Source: Dendrobates tinctorius (lineage: Eukaryota). Taken from it: 64,000 nt of DNA. The DNA lies in NCBI RefSeq assembly GCF_039654945.1, contig NW_027361792.1, positions 5,456,001 through 5,520,000 on the forward strand. Reading direction: 5' to 3'. The position numbers were made by a program, and so were the translations under genes. The notes beneath the pieces are model-generated. The model did no database searches and was not told the DNA's origin. It saw only the letters and a program-made list of their open reading frames with translations. This document shows, piece after piece, positions 22,692-37,300 of the stretch. The first letter of the stretch is position 1; each line of letters begins with the position of its first letter.

Positions 22692-25600
22692 GCTGACGGT
22701 CTCCACTCCTCGTCCCGGAGATCTGCTGTCTGGAGGGATCGTGCGTCTTCTGATACTACAGGGAGGATCTGGAGCCAAATCTTGTGTGACACAGACCGGC
22801 CCACCCTCCCCGGGGCTGAACACAGGGCTGTGACGTGAGAACGCACCTGCAGCTGTGTCGTCAGCGTCATTCTGTACCTGACAAGTCACCATGTGGGATC
22901 TGTGACTGCAGCCATCTAAGATGATATCACTGGGTTATCTCATATGCCCTTATACAGCAGATCAGTTTAAAGGGGCTGTCCCATTTAGAAAACCCCCTTA
23001 AATACACCCTAGTCTGAATCTCATCCATTGGACCGAGTAGTTACAAAAAGTGTCTCTCGCCCTGAAGGAGCCAACCTGCTGATGTGAATGGGCACTGTGT
23101 AATGCCTCATTTCTCCAGCGGAAGCGCTGTAGGGAAATCAAACACTTGCATACTGATGAATTGTTCCAAAAAAAAAAAGGTGCATGTCTCTTTAAAATGG
23201 AAAAAAAATTGCAGTATATAGAAAAAAGAGCCACCCGTCCCTTTCCAGAATATTCCATCCCAAATTATTTCAGCCACCCCAAGATCACGTCCCTCTACGG
23301 CACTCATACTGTAATGCTAACAGCCGTCGGCCAACCGAATATTCACTCTCTCTCCCAGTTAATATGGGTGAAAGCTCTGGGTATCGATGGATTATTTAGC
23401 ACTTGTCAGGTATATCGGAAGACATTTGATTCATCAGCCATAAGGTATTTAAGGCTCAGCCATGTTGGGTCCTTGTATGAAGCATTCCTCCTGACGCACG
23501 CGGTGGTTAGACACCCGGGCCGAGGTCACATTCTGTAACATGTCCCACCAACACCCAGATTCGGTGCGGAGTCCCATCAGACATCTGGAATCTGGTGGAA
23601 CAAGTTCTGAAGTTTCTACATCTTGCCTCCAGCGACATCATCATGTAAAACCGCGCTCTTCTGTCTGCGGCTGTTCAGTTGCTGCAAACTACAACTCCCA
23701 GCATTTTCACAGTGGACAAGTTTCCATCGGCTCTTGGTGGCTTCTGGCGTTTCACAATGAGAATAGTCATCGGCTTTGTTCCTGCCATGATGGAAATGTG
23801 ACAAAACCCAATCATCCATGGGATTTAATACTACTCTACCTTGGTCCCCTAAACCACCATAGGGCAATGTTAAACCCCCCCGATAAAAAACAACAAACCT
23901 TCATATATTTTATTGAATTCCTGCCTCCTTTATTAATTACCAGTTGTAATAGAGAAAAATCAAAAGCCATACAGACATCTCCAGAGAAGGAACATATCAC
24001 CTTTACTTTAAACATATGGGATTAATTATAATTTGGGAAGTGAGAAAGAGCTGACACTTCAACCTCCATTGAATTAGGGACCTCTTGCAGTGACCAGGTA
24101 ATTACATCAGGAGATCGTCTCTAAGCATTCATTTACACAGAGGTGATGAATTACACTTCCAGTGTCAGCTCTTCCTCTGTTGAAAGCACTGGTCCTCAGA
24201 CCTTTTGGAAACAGTGGTCAGTGATGAATATTGGGGTTTGCATCTATCCGATATTTATGGGAGATATATTTTTGGCATTATAGAGAAGGGACAAACATAA
24301 TGCATTAACTCACATCACCGCAAGGCCATTCTATCCCCTCCAGCTTAATAATGTTCTGATGAATGATGCTATCCATGCCATGTTTCATATCTTCAGAAAG
24401 GTAAAATCACGATAGGAAAAACGACGACTATATCTACTGCCTGTGACCCCCCCCAGGGAAGGAGATATCCTGAAAGTTGATGATCTCATAACCTTCTCAA
24501 ACACCCAGACCCTGAGTTCACCAAGGGGAGGTATGTGGGTGCATCCTTGATCTAATAAAAAGCAGAATTTGGGTCATTGAATTTTGTTAGTCCTGGAAGG
24601 TGCAGCTTTAAGTAGTTCTCTCCATTTTCCTTAGGAGTACCTCCCTCCGCTAAGCTCTGTGCCATCAGGTATAGTATTTTTTGTTATCCCTTTTATTGTA
24701 TGTAACTGTATATACCTTATTGTTTAGTTCCTATTTTGTAACATCTTGTATATTTTTATAAACACTGCCTACCTTTCCGGATTAAATATGTAAAATTCAA
24801 TAGCTCTATTCCTCTTGTTCTGTAAACTGCACACCTGAAGCCATACGCTACCAGTAACGGGTGTCCGATTGATTTGTATAAATGATTGGTGGTGGCTGCT
24901 AGTGGCTCCTTTTTGCTATTGCGGAGTTGGCAGTGATTGCCCTGGGATATACGGTACATACATATTACGTGTTGGAATCGGAGATGTATATACCATACAC
25001 TTACCATGAGTTCCCCAATAGCCAGTGTAGGAGTAGAAGCAGCCGTGGCCTCGTCCATCACTCGTCAGTCAATTGCGTAATTGTCCTGACGATTGGAGGT
25101 AGCGGACAAACTGACTGATGGATTGAATTCTCCCCAGTGTATTAATCTTACGACGACCACTTGTTTAGTTCACGGTGGAAAGCCTGTCAATCATTGCAGC
25201 TTCCTAAGCATGCGCAGAAGTACACTCAGCCTCACTGTGGATGCCCAGGGAGGTGAAAGTCAGTACGCATGCGCAAACTTTGTACAGCGCGATGTGGGGA
25301 ACATCCCAGTGGCCTGAATTTTGACTCCTAAGGCCACGTTCACACATCCAAAACTGCAATATGTATTTTTTTTTTTTAACCACTGACTTTTTCAATCTGC
25401 TCTGATTATTGCAATTGGAAGAATTTTTTTTTTTTCTTGGTATAGAAAAGGTGGAATTCTGGGATTAAAAGTCCAATCCAACAGAGAAAAATGTGCATCA
25501 AAAAACCGCACTTATCAATTTCTTTAAATGCACAGAGCGCCCGAGGTTTTAATGACGTCACATCCACGCTGATTGAACGGTTAGTGCATTTTCGCAGCAT

Positions 25601-26570
25601 TTTTTTTTTCTACCAACATGAAAAAACAGTTGCGACATACGTTACACACCTTTATAAAAAGAATAACGAATGAGATTTAAGAAATCTCTTATTTATTTTG
25701 CTTTTCCTATAAAAAGTTTTTTTTTTTTCTGCATCAAAAACTGTACGTGTGAACAAGCCCCTAATTGCAGATTTGCACATCAGAAGATGGACTTAGTTTT
25801 CGGGGATCCAGTGCCTCCCACTTGACCGAGAACCGATAAGGATAGGAGGCGCGAACACAACTAGCGGTTTTTTATCTAAAAGTCTGCTGCAAGTTACAGT
25901 AGCAGCGCCGCACGTTAGATTTTAAGAAAGCTCAAGGAAACGCTGCAGAAAATATCCAGCGTCGCGGAGCTGAACTCCCCAGCAGGTTAATCTGTCCGTC
26001 GCAAGCCAAAAAAATTGAAATGTGCCACGGAACTGCTCCGTTTCCGCAAACAAGAAACCGCCGTAAATATCGTGTGTGCACACAATGCAACAAAACCGCA
26101 GGTGAAATACCGCTGTGGATTTGGCTGCGGAAAAGGTGCAGATTTCCATTGCAGGTGGTGACATTCGCATTATAAACTGATAATAGACGCTACTGAGAAA
26201 AAAAAAAAAGGGGGGGGGAAACAAACATTTTAGCGCTTTGAGCCGTGTCGCAATTTCCAGTTGACTCCAGTGTCAGACTGCAATGAAAAAGGCGCGTGTG
26301 AATTCAGCCTGAAGGGTGACGCCGTGTTACATTTCCATGACGAACTTTGCTCTCCAGTCACATTGTGCCCGATGCACCGGCACAACATGTCAGAGCGGTT
26401 ACACAGGACAGAGGGGGTGAGAACATTTGCAGCGTGCAAACACTAAGCCAGGCCGTGTACAACGCAGACGTCATCTCACATAGGGAGTGACGATGAGGAG
26501 GCTGCAGACGATCAGCGGTGGCCGGTCTCCTAGGCAAGGAGCACAATGCTTACGAGCGGATTGCAATGAC

Positions 26571-28235
26571 GTGTTTTGTTATACACAGGTTTATTTCCTT
26601 TGGGGGTATTGGAACAACAACAAAAAAAAAAAAAAAAGAGTAAAAAAAAGGCAAATTGAACATAATTTCACACAACACCCCTAAAATGGGCCGGACAAAA
26701 TTGTTGGCACCCTCAAATTAATATTTGGTTGCACCCCCCTTTGGAATAAATTACTGCAATCAATCGCTATCTTTCTGCTGGAGTTTTGGAGTACTTTTCT
26801 TAAAAAAAAAAACTGCTCCAAGTCTCTCATATGTGGGGGTGCCTTCTCCCAACATCAATTTTCAGATCTCTCCACAGGTGATCAATTATGCAAATAGGCT
26901 CCACAGACTTTATTTGCATATTCGTATTTCCCAGGGAGCAATGCACCTAGGATTTCACTGATTGAGCGCCTTTGCCGGCTGCCGCAGTGTTTTCTTTGAC
27001 TGGTCTCCCTGAGGTCAGTGATTGTTTCGTGACACAGGTGATCAATAGGATTTAGATCTGGTCTCACTGGTGGCCACTTCAGACATCTCCAGCGCTTTGC
27101 TTCTATACATTTCTGGGGGCTTCTTGAAGTATGTTTGGGTACATTGTCCTGCTGGAAGACCCATGATGTAGGATGCAAACCCAAGCTTTCTGACAGTGGG
27201 CACTGCCTTGCCACTGAAAATCCTTTGGTAATCTTCAGATTTTATGATGCCTTTACACAGAGTAAAGGCAGCAAAATAACCCCAAAACATCTTTGAACCT
27301 CCACTATATTTGACTGTAGGTAGTGTATTCTATGTAGGCCACATTCCGTTTTCCGTAAACAGTAAAATAATGTGCTTTCCCAAAAAGCTCTAGCTCTGTC
27401 TCATCTGTCCACAAAACGCCCTCCCAGAATACATTTTGGCGAAATGCAGTTTACATTTTTTATGTCTCTGTCAGTAGTGGGGTCCTCCTGGGTCTCCTGC
27501 CATGAAGTTACATTTCATTCACATCTGGATGAACAGTTTACACTGACACTGATGCCCCCAGAGCAGGCAGGACAGCTTGATTTTCTTTGGACCTTGATTG
27601 GGGCTGCTTATCCACCATCTAGACTATCCTGCGGTACAACCTTTCATCAATTTTTCTCTGCTCTCCATGTCCAGGGAGATTAGCTAATGTTGCATGGGTT
27701 GAAAACTTCATGGTTATGTAGCTCACTGTTGACAAAGGAACATCAAAATCTCTGGAGATGGAAATGTAATCTTGAGATTATGAATATTGTTCTACACTTG
27801 TGGTTCTCAAGTCCTCAGACCGTTCTCTTCTCTTTCTGTTCTCCATACTTAGTGTGGCACACACAGACACACAATGCAAAGATCGAGTCAACTTCTCCCC
27901 TTTTTATCTTCTTTCAGTTGTGATTTCCATATTGCCCACACCTGTTACTTGCCACAGGTGAGGTCGAACGAGCATCACATGCTGGAAGCAAAGCTATTTA
28001 CCCAAAATTTTGGGAAGGTGCCAACAATTTTCTTAGGCCAATCGTTGGGGGTTTGTATGAAATTATGTCCAATTTGTCTTTTTCTCAGTTTTTTTTTTTT
28101 TTTGCTTTGTTCCAATACACACAAAGGAAATAAACAGGTGTATAACAAAACATGTGGAATTGCAATAGTTTACTGGATGAAATACTTATTTTTCTGGAAT
28201 AATTTCAAAGGCGCCAACACTTTCGGCCATGACTG
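26571..28235 (-). mobile_element. Defective Tc1-like DNA transposon
   Basis: Transposase remnants MFWGYFAA, WVFQQDNVPKHT and WPPVRPDLNPIDHL; right end ...GGCCATGACTG followed by TA; left TIR truncated but mirrors 28030-28155. Confidence 0.88.
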
Positions 28236-31200
28236 TATAATGAAGAAAAAAAAAACAAAAAAAAAAAAACATCTCTCAGTGGCCACGTGAAGTTGTTCAT
28301 CATGTGACCGCTGCAGCACATCAGCCGATATTTATTGTTATGTCACATAATGAAAGACCGCACAACATCACTAAAAATGGTCCAAGAGGGGAATACGTTT
28401 TTTTTTTTATAGCATTTAAGAAGTAGTTGCCCATCTGCAAACAATCCCTTTAACTCATTTTGCTAAGTATTGTATTCAAAGCTAGACAACCCCTTTAAAA
28501 AAGATATAGGCTATGTAGACACATTACGTCCATGGTATCCCAACTAATTGGAAGCATGTGGCAGCGGTGACGAGATTCATCCACGTCTCATCCTCAGCGC
28601 TCTCTGGCTGCGATGGATTCTGCCATCATGGAGCTCACGCACCGATGCAGAACCTCTTGAATCTTCACATTTGTTGAAGGCCTTATTCCCAGCTTCCCCA
28701 GGCTGCTGCCATCAGGGTGGACGCTCCTGCTTGACCGACAGCTCATAGCTGCAGCAGAATTGCAGAATTGTGCCGCCAGGGTGAAGGCGCGCGCTCCCGA
28801 CGCGGCTGTAGGTTTGCGGCGCCGTGACCAACCAGCAAGACTTTGGAGCAGGATCCGTTCTATAGACCAGAATGGAGACGGAGCGATCAGGCCGTACACG
28901 GAAACTGCGCATGCATAAGAAATCGGCCCCCCGACACCCCAGCCGGACAGTGTACAAGGAGCAGGAGACAGAAGCTTCCGCTACTGAACTGCAAAAATGG
29001 CGGAAACCCCGAGCCATTGACAACGTATGGGCGATGACTGATTAGCACCTTTTAGAAAACCTTTATAACACGTCCCCATTGGACCCACGGCGCAGTTCAC
29101 ATTGACACCACGTTTCTTAACCCCAAAAGTTTATTATTTTTCATTTACCAAAAATTCTTATGCCGTATGCATCATAAAAGTAAAGTATATAAATTATGTA
29201 AAGGAGCAAAAACAAACCCAAAGCGTTTCTGTAAGCGGGTCTGATCTGACGGAAGCGGCGCGAACTGATCCGTTCTGACGTAATTACCAACAATAGGGAG
29301 GAAAGTAGTCGCGTTGCAGTCAGGTCTCTCACACCAGCGATGGCAGCCACCGAGCTCACTGCAAAAGCTCAAAGATCACAAACAGCCGATAGACTGTAGA
29401 GGATTAGAGAAAACATGGCGACCTTCTTCCAGAAACAGCACCACCCTGCCCCCATTAAAGTGTGCAATACCAAGAAGCGACCTATAAAACAGGGGTGGCG
29501 CTGTGTGCAGAAAAGCCGCAGTGTTTTTGATCCGATATGGGAAGAATCAGACGGACAAGGATCGTAACTCAATGCCTGGACTGGCCGGCAGCTCTCACAA
29601 CCGAAGCAGGACGGCATCTGTTTCTATGCGGCTGGCACTCAGGTCAGGAGAGCCGACAGCCAGTCCGAGCAATGAGTGTGATCCTCATCCGAGTTATATG
29701 GCCAGGTGACTCTTCCTTAAGAATAAAAGGATACGTCCACGTGGGACCGACGCACAGCAGATTCCACGAAGCAGAAAATCTGCAGATTAAATATGGTCCT
29801 GCGGCTGCATAGATTAGGAAATGGGGGTCTCATAGAGTTGAAAACCAAAGTGAAAACAGAAACCCCCCCAAAAAATAACTTATTAACCTTCTTGAGAAGC
29901 ATATAGGACTCAATTCCAAAGCTCATAAAACAGGAATCCTACTGGGCGCCTGGGGAATATGATCAGGGTTAGTCTTGCTTTACCAGATCGGTCCGGTTGT
30001 GGCGCCATCTAGTCCCTATTTGTCCCTTTATCATCTCCCTACCTTGCAGCAGAGGTTGGCAGCGGAGGTTGGTACTCTAAATAATAAGTGTCCGTAACCA
30101 TATCATATGGATGGAGAATCAGCTGCAATTTTCCAAAATTGGGACAGGCCGGCCCCAGCGCTGATTTTTTTTTTTCGAGACACACCTCTAACTTGAAGAG
30201 TACCAACAATGTACATATAGAGTACATAAGATTGTGGTTTTTGCTCAGAAGTGTTTATTTTCATCATCTCTTTCACTATTTGTGTCGTGTTGAATTTGGG
30301 TTTATTCAGGGTGATCGGGGATACAGACTTCGAGCGTGGGCTCCATTTCACAGAAATTAGGGGGCCAACGTCTGCTGCCAGGAACGGAGGAGATAAAAGG
30401 ACGACTAGGTACTCAACAGGTCCAGTATCTGGCATCGCCAGCTGGGAAAACGAGGCTACCCCCGATCATATCCCCCAGACACCCTATAGGATTTCTGTCT
30501 CTATATGATTGGGAAGTATGAGTCCTATATGCTTTAAAAAAAAAAATTAAAGTTATTTTTTAGAGGTCTATATTTTCTCTTTGGTCTCGGTTTTACCAAG
30601 TTTGGTTATTTTTTAATCATGGTTAACCCTTTTTAGGTCGAAGAACCTATAGATTATAGTGTTTGCATGCTCAGAACAACCACTGGATATATTTACAGTG
30701 GGGGGGTCTCAGTATGGTGGTCTTTCAATACATGTTATTAGATGCTGGCAGCTTTCCCTGGCTACATTTGAGTGGGGGTTGTCTTTCATGGACATCCCCT
30801 TTAAGAATTATTGGCACGGTCTGCATAAATCCACCTGACCGATTGGATATATTATAGGTGCATCCCTCGGCCCCCAATCACCTTCATCGCCAAGAGTTCT
30901 GCACCGAAGATAAACCCCGATAATTAAGTCTTAGAAAAGCGAAAATGTTCATTGCTGTGTCTCTTTCAACTGAAGACCCCCAGCTCGGTGGTCACAATAA
31001 GATTTGTACATAAATTAGAAAAATAATGGACCGTCCGCAGCCGGGAGCGCCAGGCCAGGACTCAGCCGGGCGATGAAGGCTTGTGATGTCCGCACCGAGC
31101 AAAATCTCCCTCCACAGTAGTAAGTGACACAAGAGAATACGCAGACCGGACATCACCGCATAGATACGCCGAAAGCAAAGAAAAAAAAAAAAAAAATGGA

Positions 31201-31245
31201 TCCTGGCAGGACGGCTCCACTGGCTGCAGGTACAGCCGGCGCCTC

Positions 31246-31371
31246 TCAGGTGTTGTATCGGGTGCACCGGGCTGGAGGATGGGGCATATTCAGTACTCGC
31301 CTTCTCTCCTCATAATCATCAGTGTCTGTGGAGTCGTCGTCATGTAGAAAACAATCATTGCAGCTCTCCTC
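31246..31371 (-). CDS. FBXO3: FBXO3 exon 11 (acidic tail and stop)
   Basis: EESCNDCFLHDDDSTDTDDYEERRRVLNMPHPPARCTRYNT*; cctgtgcag acceptor. Confidence 0.85.
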   Translation of the reverse strand, partial: EESCNDCFLHDDDSTDTDDYEERRRVLNMPHPPARCTRYNT

Positions 31372-34300
31372 CTGCACAGGAGAAACACAAACGCTCGTCA
31401 GGTGCTGCCCCCGTCAGGAGAAGAGCAGAAACTGCAGTTATATCTATGGTGCACCACAAATGGTTAACACCGAGGAAGCAGACAGTGGATTCCAGGGGTC
31501 TGGTCATACTTATAGTTTATGCTAACATTTTAATAATTGAATTCCAGTTTCACATCTGCCCTCATTGGCCTCTTCTCCCCACCAGTGTATAACATCCAAC
31601 CTTGTTACTGCGCTTACGCCCCAGGTTCCCCTCATCCCGGGGATATTATGTCCAGCCAAATTGGTCGTTATACCTGTGGAATCCAGACCACCTCTAGTAT
31701 CAGCACACACACTGCGCCCCCGCCCGGGAGCTTCATGGCAGAGCAACTGCATGCAGCCGTACATCACCAAGCACAATGCCGAGCGTCGGATAGAGTGGTG
31801 TAACGCCGCCACCACTGGACTCTGGAGGAGACGTGTTCTGTGCAGTGACGGATCGCACTTCTCTATCTGCGTCTGATGGAGGAGTCTGGATTTGGTGATT
31901 CCAGGAGGACGTTACCCCCTGACTGCATTGTGCCCCCTGTACAGATGGTGGAGGGGATACTGCTATGGGCTGTTATCAGGGGGCGGCCTCGGACCCTCAG
32001 CTCCAGTGATGGGAAATCTTCATCTTCAGCACAAGACATTGTGGACAATTGTAGCTTCAGATTTCAAGGAATAGTTTGGGGAAGACCCTTATCTGCCCCC
32101 CATGACTGTGACCAATGCGCAATACAGAAATAGAGGGGGGAGTTTCTTTTATTGGTGACGATAGAACAAATAGTCACGCTGCTACTTACTGTAGAAATGG
32201 TAGACACTCGAAATGTAGGACATTTCATGTGAAATCGGGGAATGGTGACATTAAAGACCTCGCCTCTGTTGTCCATCCGATGGAAGGTGTACGTCCCCTC
32301 CATATACCCCGAGGTTGTGGAGAAAGTCGTGCAGCTGGTGTACTCGTATCCTCGCCCCGGCCTCAGTTGGGGGTAATCACCTGAAAGAACAAAATGAAGA
32401 CTTGCTGTGAACGCCCTAAGGATAAGTCATCAATATGTCATTGGGGGTCCGAGAGACCACTGATCAGCCGTTCTCAGGTCCCAGCACGGCTTTGTACACT
32501 GTAGTTGAAGTTTTCAGTACTGCAGATCAATGATTTGAGATCGGCTTCTACACGGTGTGCAGCGCCACGGTGGCCCAGATATCTGACTGTTTGGAGACTT
32601 CTCATCGTGGAGCTTTGCCTTTTTTGTCCTCCAGCAGAGTTCACGCATGAATGGAGTCAATGCAGAGTTTGATGTAAAGCTTGGAAAAATAGAAGTCTAA
32701 GACAACTGAGCAGATGGCGCACAACATAGTGGGAGCTTTATATGACTCACTTATTGATCGCTGGGGTCCGACCTCTGGAGGCACCACCGATCCTTAGAAC
32801 TAAGGCGATGCTGGGTCCTCTGTACAGTCTTCGCCTGTAGACAGGGACGTTCCCAAGTGTCGGGAAGCCCCAAAACGATCAGGCTGAGCCTCATCATTCG
32901 TGGGATTGGAGAGTGTCCCAGAAGTCAGCGATCAGCCGATACTTATGGAGATGGGAGCATCACTTTAATTTAGCAATTGGGGTAGTGGGATCCGCATTCT
33001 AGTGCAATTTATCTGCGCCAATTAAGGTATGAAGATACTAGAAAATACTCCAACCCAATGACTTCTCAGCAGTAAGCCAAGTTACCCACAATCTGAATAA
33101 AGTGGTTGTCCTGGCACAAGTACTGATGACCTGATCAGATCGATAGAGGTGGCGGGAGTCATACCCCAACCGTTCTGGTGTCATGTTCTCTGGCAGCCGC
33201 CGGATTTATACACTTTGAACAAAGCTGCTGAGCAACAACTGCATTCAAAAGAATAAGAGCTATGCTGCAAGAGAAAATACCGGACTGGCTGGGGTGCCGG
33301 ACTCCAACGTGTACGATACAGATGGTTTATTCTATAGGCCGGGGTCACCCTTGCGAGAAACTCGCACAAGCCTCGCGTCTCAATACCCGGCACTCGGACC
33401 AGAGCAATACATGGAGCCGCACACTCCGGTCCCTAGTGCCAGGTATTGAGATGCGAAACTCGTGCGAGTTTCTTGCAAGTGTGACCCCGGGCATATACAG
33501 GTCATCAATACCAGAGCTCGTTTTGCTCCTATCATCAGCATCTTACACGTGTGTGCATCCTCTGCATGATACATCTGTGACCGCAGCAAACTGTGCGACT
33601 CACCCACCACTCCCGGGCCCTGCACCTCCTCCACATTTCCCTTTGCATCAGTGATTCTCCAGTAGCGGCTATCGAGCTGGCACGCTTTCTCTGGCAATGC
33701 ATTCTTGGCCATCTCCATCCTGGGAAATAAAAGGAACAACAAGAAAAAACTAAAGAAAAAAGGTAAGTCCACCATAGATGCGCAGTCACTCTTCACTGTG
33801 CAGATAAGACTCGGGCTACTACGCTACGTTTATTTTGGGGTTGCATTTTTATGTTTATTGCACGGTAGATGTGACCTGACAATTATGGAGATAAAATAAA
33901 AACAAGCAAACTGTATAAGTTTATCTTATTGCTTCAATCAAATATATATCAGAACTTTTTGTCCTCCATTTTTTGAGACCTAAAAACTTTATTTTCTTTG
34001 TGCTGTGAACTTGTCTTCTGAGTGGCGAGCTGTGAATTTTTTTTGGCACCATACGCCGTTATTTTTTTTTATGTTGCATTTGTTCAGGGAGGTGCGGTGA
34101 CTGAATACTGCAATTCTGCGGTTTTGATTTCGCCTCGGTTAACAGTACGGAGTCATTTTACATTTTTATTGCATTTTTACAGATGTGGGATACAAAATAT
34201 GATTTCATTACATTGTTTTAGTTCTTACCAGGAGACTTGAACCTGTGATCAATCGATGGTTTATAAACTGCAATACTTCAGTGCCAATAACCATCGCCCA

Positions 34301-37300
34301 TGACGCCCCACCATAGGAGTGCCAGGACAGCTGTGACCGGGGGTCTTCGTTAGGTCCCCAGGGTGCTATAATAATGCACTTGTATTGCAGGCGGGTTGCC
34401 AACCGTTGCCCGAATGGACACCAGGATCCTTTCACACCATTAAATGCCGCTGCAGGTGATCGTCAGGAATGAAATAGCAGCGACTGGAGCTAGTCCTGAT
34501 CACTGCTGTTAGAGGCAGGTGCTGGCTGTATGGCGCAGGGCGCACCTGTCCAGGATGGAGCAGACTTCCCTCCCGAGTCATCCTGTATCTGTCACATTTT
34601 GCATCACATACAGCCCCGGCTCCGTGTACTCACCGTATTCTGTAGGTGAAGAAGTAATGTGGAGGGTGGATGGAGCTGAGCTCCGGCAGGAAGGACGTGG
34701 AGACGGATATGGTGATGTCATCAGTAGTGGCCACGCAGTCCTTTTCCCGCTCGTACCTGGCAGAGAGAACAGGGAATAGGTAAAACTAAGGGAGGCCGGT
34801 GACCGATTGCACGTGTACGGCTCTAGGGAATTATGTCACAGCCGCACTAGTGTGCAATAATGACGATATATTCTAAGATCTGAGTCTGGCGCCACCCGGT
34901 GGCTCCATCGCATACTGATCTGATGTCATTTCCAAATTTTTGCACTACCCACGTATGGAAAAAAGCTCAATCACGATAAAAAAAAAAAAAAAGTTTGTCA
35001 ACTTTTCTAATAAAGTTTTGTATGTTAATTGTGCACCAATCAACATTCCAGCTTGCTGTCTTGTCTGTGAATGGAAACCTTTTTTTGGGAAGGGGGGAAA
35101 TTCAATCTAGAAGAAAGAAAAAATGTCCTAAGGCTACATGTCTGAGCTGTGTCAGCGGGACATTATCTGGATTTTCAGCCTCTGGGTGTAATCAATGCAT
35201 TTATTCACTGACAGCAAGCATAGTTATCGAAAATATTCATGAAATTTAGGAAAAACCTTAAAGTACACATGCACACAGTGAAACCGGACCACAGTAGTGA
35301 CGAGATCAATCTGCGATACCTGAAAATCTGGTCCCGGATGATGGGGTAGTCCTTCGAGACGACACGGTTCACATACGACGTAAACCACTGGGTGAAAGAG
35401 GTACCTGCGGCAGGAAACTGACAACATGAAATCACAGCGTTCATGCGGAGCAGTGACGAGCCTATGGCTGCTCCTGCAGAGCCCCCTGGACACACGCATG
35501 ATCATTTCAGCAGAGCGTGCACAATGAGAATGGGGGAGGAAATCGCTTCCATGGTTTCTACTTGCGGTTCTTCCCCACTGGGAACAAAAGGATCAAGCCA
35601 GAAGCAATCCAACTGCTGACTTCTCTCTAGCAGACATGTCATTGTGAGACCCACCCCATAAATAGTCAATGCTTGGCTCAAAATCAGCAGTTATGGCCGA
35701 CCTTAAAGGGGTCGGCTACCTCTGTAATAACACTTTTCAATACCTCCAAGGTCCAAAAGCAGAAAAAAAACAAAAACCTCCCCTCCTGGACCGAGACTGC
35801 TACTTGTGCTGTGCCCCCAGCGACCTTGTGACATTGTTTGTCATATAAGCGCTGCAGCCAATCAGCCACCGATTGTCTGCAGCCTCCACAATTCAATCAC
35901 GAATGATCGGAAATCATAGGATCGCTGGTGGTCACATTGCAGGCCGGCCCAGGGAGGCAATTTGCTTCTTTTTTTTTTTTCCTTACATTTTGTTGTGCAT
36001 AAAGGAAGTATTCACAAGGAGCTGTACAATAGTGAACAACCCCTTTAATATATATATTTTTTTTTACGGGACTTAAGGCCTTTTTTGCCCCTCGCAGATC
36101 CTACCTGTAATAAACATGTCCAGGGCCGCGGGGTTATGCGTCGTCTGGTCCTAAAACACAGAAGGATCCAATTATGTGGAACAACTTTCATCACAAACGT
36201 CCTAATAAATATCACAGTAAGGAACAACGCGAAACCCGGAGCATCAGCAGCAGTGGTACAGCCAGACCATCCTGCTGGGACTTGTAGTCTCTTACCGGAC
36301 ACTGGTAGAAGATCTCATTGCGACACCGGCCTTCCGTGTCCGCCAGAGACAAGTACTGACTGAGGCCGGTGTGGATGCAGAAGGTGATTGGAAGGCACTG
36401 ATTGAGGCCGATCCTGCGCTGGTAGCCGCCCGCCGCCGTGTCTATGTCCAACAAGTCCTCGGACCGGTAGTGGTTGGATAACGCCATGCTGCCCATCAAG
36501 CTGAGGGGAGGTGAAGGGTGAGAGACGCACGACGGTAGGAGGTAAAGCAGCAGCTGCGCCATCGGGTGCCGGCTCTTACCCAGGTACCACAAGCTTCTGT
36601 CCGTTGTGAATCCGCAGGGAGCAGCGATAATCGTCGGGGAGTTTGGAGCCGATCCTTTCCTCGATGGTGTTAAGATCCTCCTCCTGCACGCCGTCTACAG
36701 GAGAGCGGAGGGAGAAGGCGAGGAGAGCGGAGGGAGAAGGCGAGGAGAGCGGAGGGAGAAGGCGAGGAGAGCGGAGGGAGAAGGCGAGGAGAGCGGAGGG
36801 AGAAGGCGAGGAGAGCGGAGGGAGAAGGCGAGGAGAGCGGAGGGAGAAGGCGAGGAGAGCGGAGGGAGAAGGCGAGGAGAGCGGAGGGAGAAGGCGAGGA
36901 GAGCGGAGGGAGAAGGCGAGGAGAGCGGAGGGAGAAGGCGAGGAGAGCGGAGGGAGAAGGCGAGGAGAGCGGAGGGAGAAGGCGAGGAGAGCGGAGGGAA
37001 AAGGCGAGGAGAGCGGAGGGAGAAGGCGAGGAGAGCGGAGGGAGAAGGCGAGGAGAGCGGAGGGAGAAGGCGAGGAGAGCGGAGGGAGAAGGCGAGGAGA
37101 GCGGAGGGAGAAGGCGAGGAGAGCGGAGGGAGAAGGCGAGGAGAGCGGAGGGAGAAGGCGAGGAGAGCGGAGGGAGAAGGCGAGGAGAGCGGAGGGAGAA
37201 GGCGAGGAGAGCGGAGGGAGAAGGCGAGGAGAGCGGAGGGAGAAGGCGAGGAGAGCGGAGGGAGAAGGCGAGGAGAGCGGAGGGAGAAGGCGAGGAGAGC

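Noticed and set aside
24440-25190. Possible solo LTR
   Set aside because: Could not define TG..CA ends, a TSD or a second copy
28712-28860. KSCW...LQFCCSYELS resembling the last CD59 exon at the syntenic position
   Set aside because: Lacks the middle Cys, the terminal CN and a GPI signal, and I found no upstream Ly6 exons; probably chance, although tblastn could test for a pseudogene
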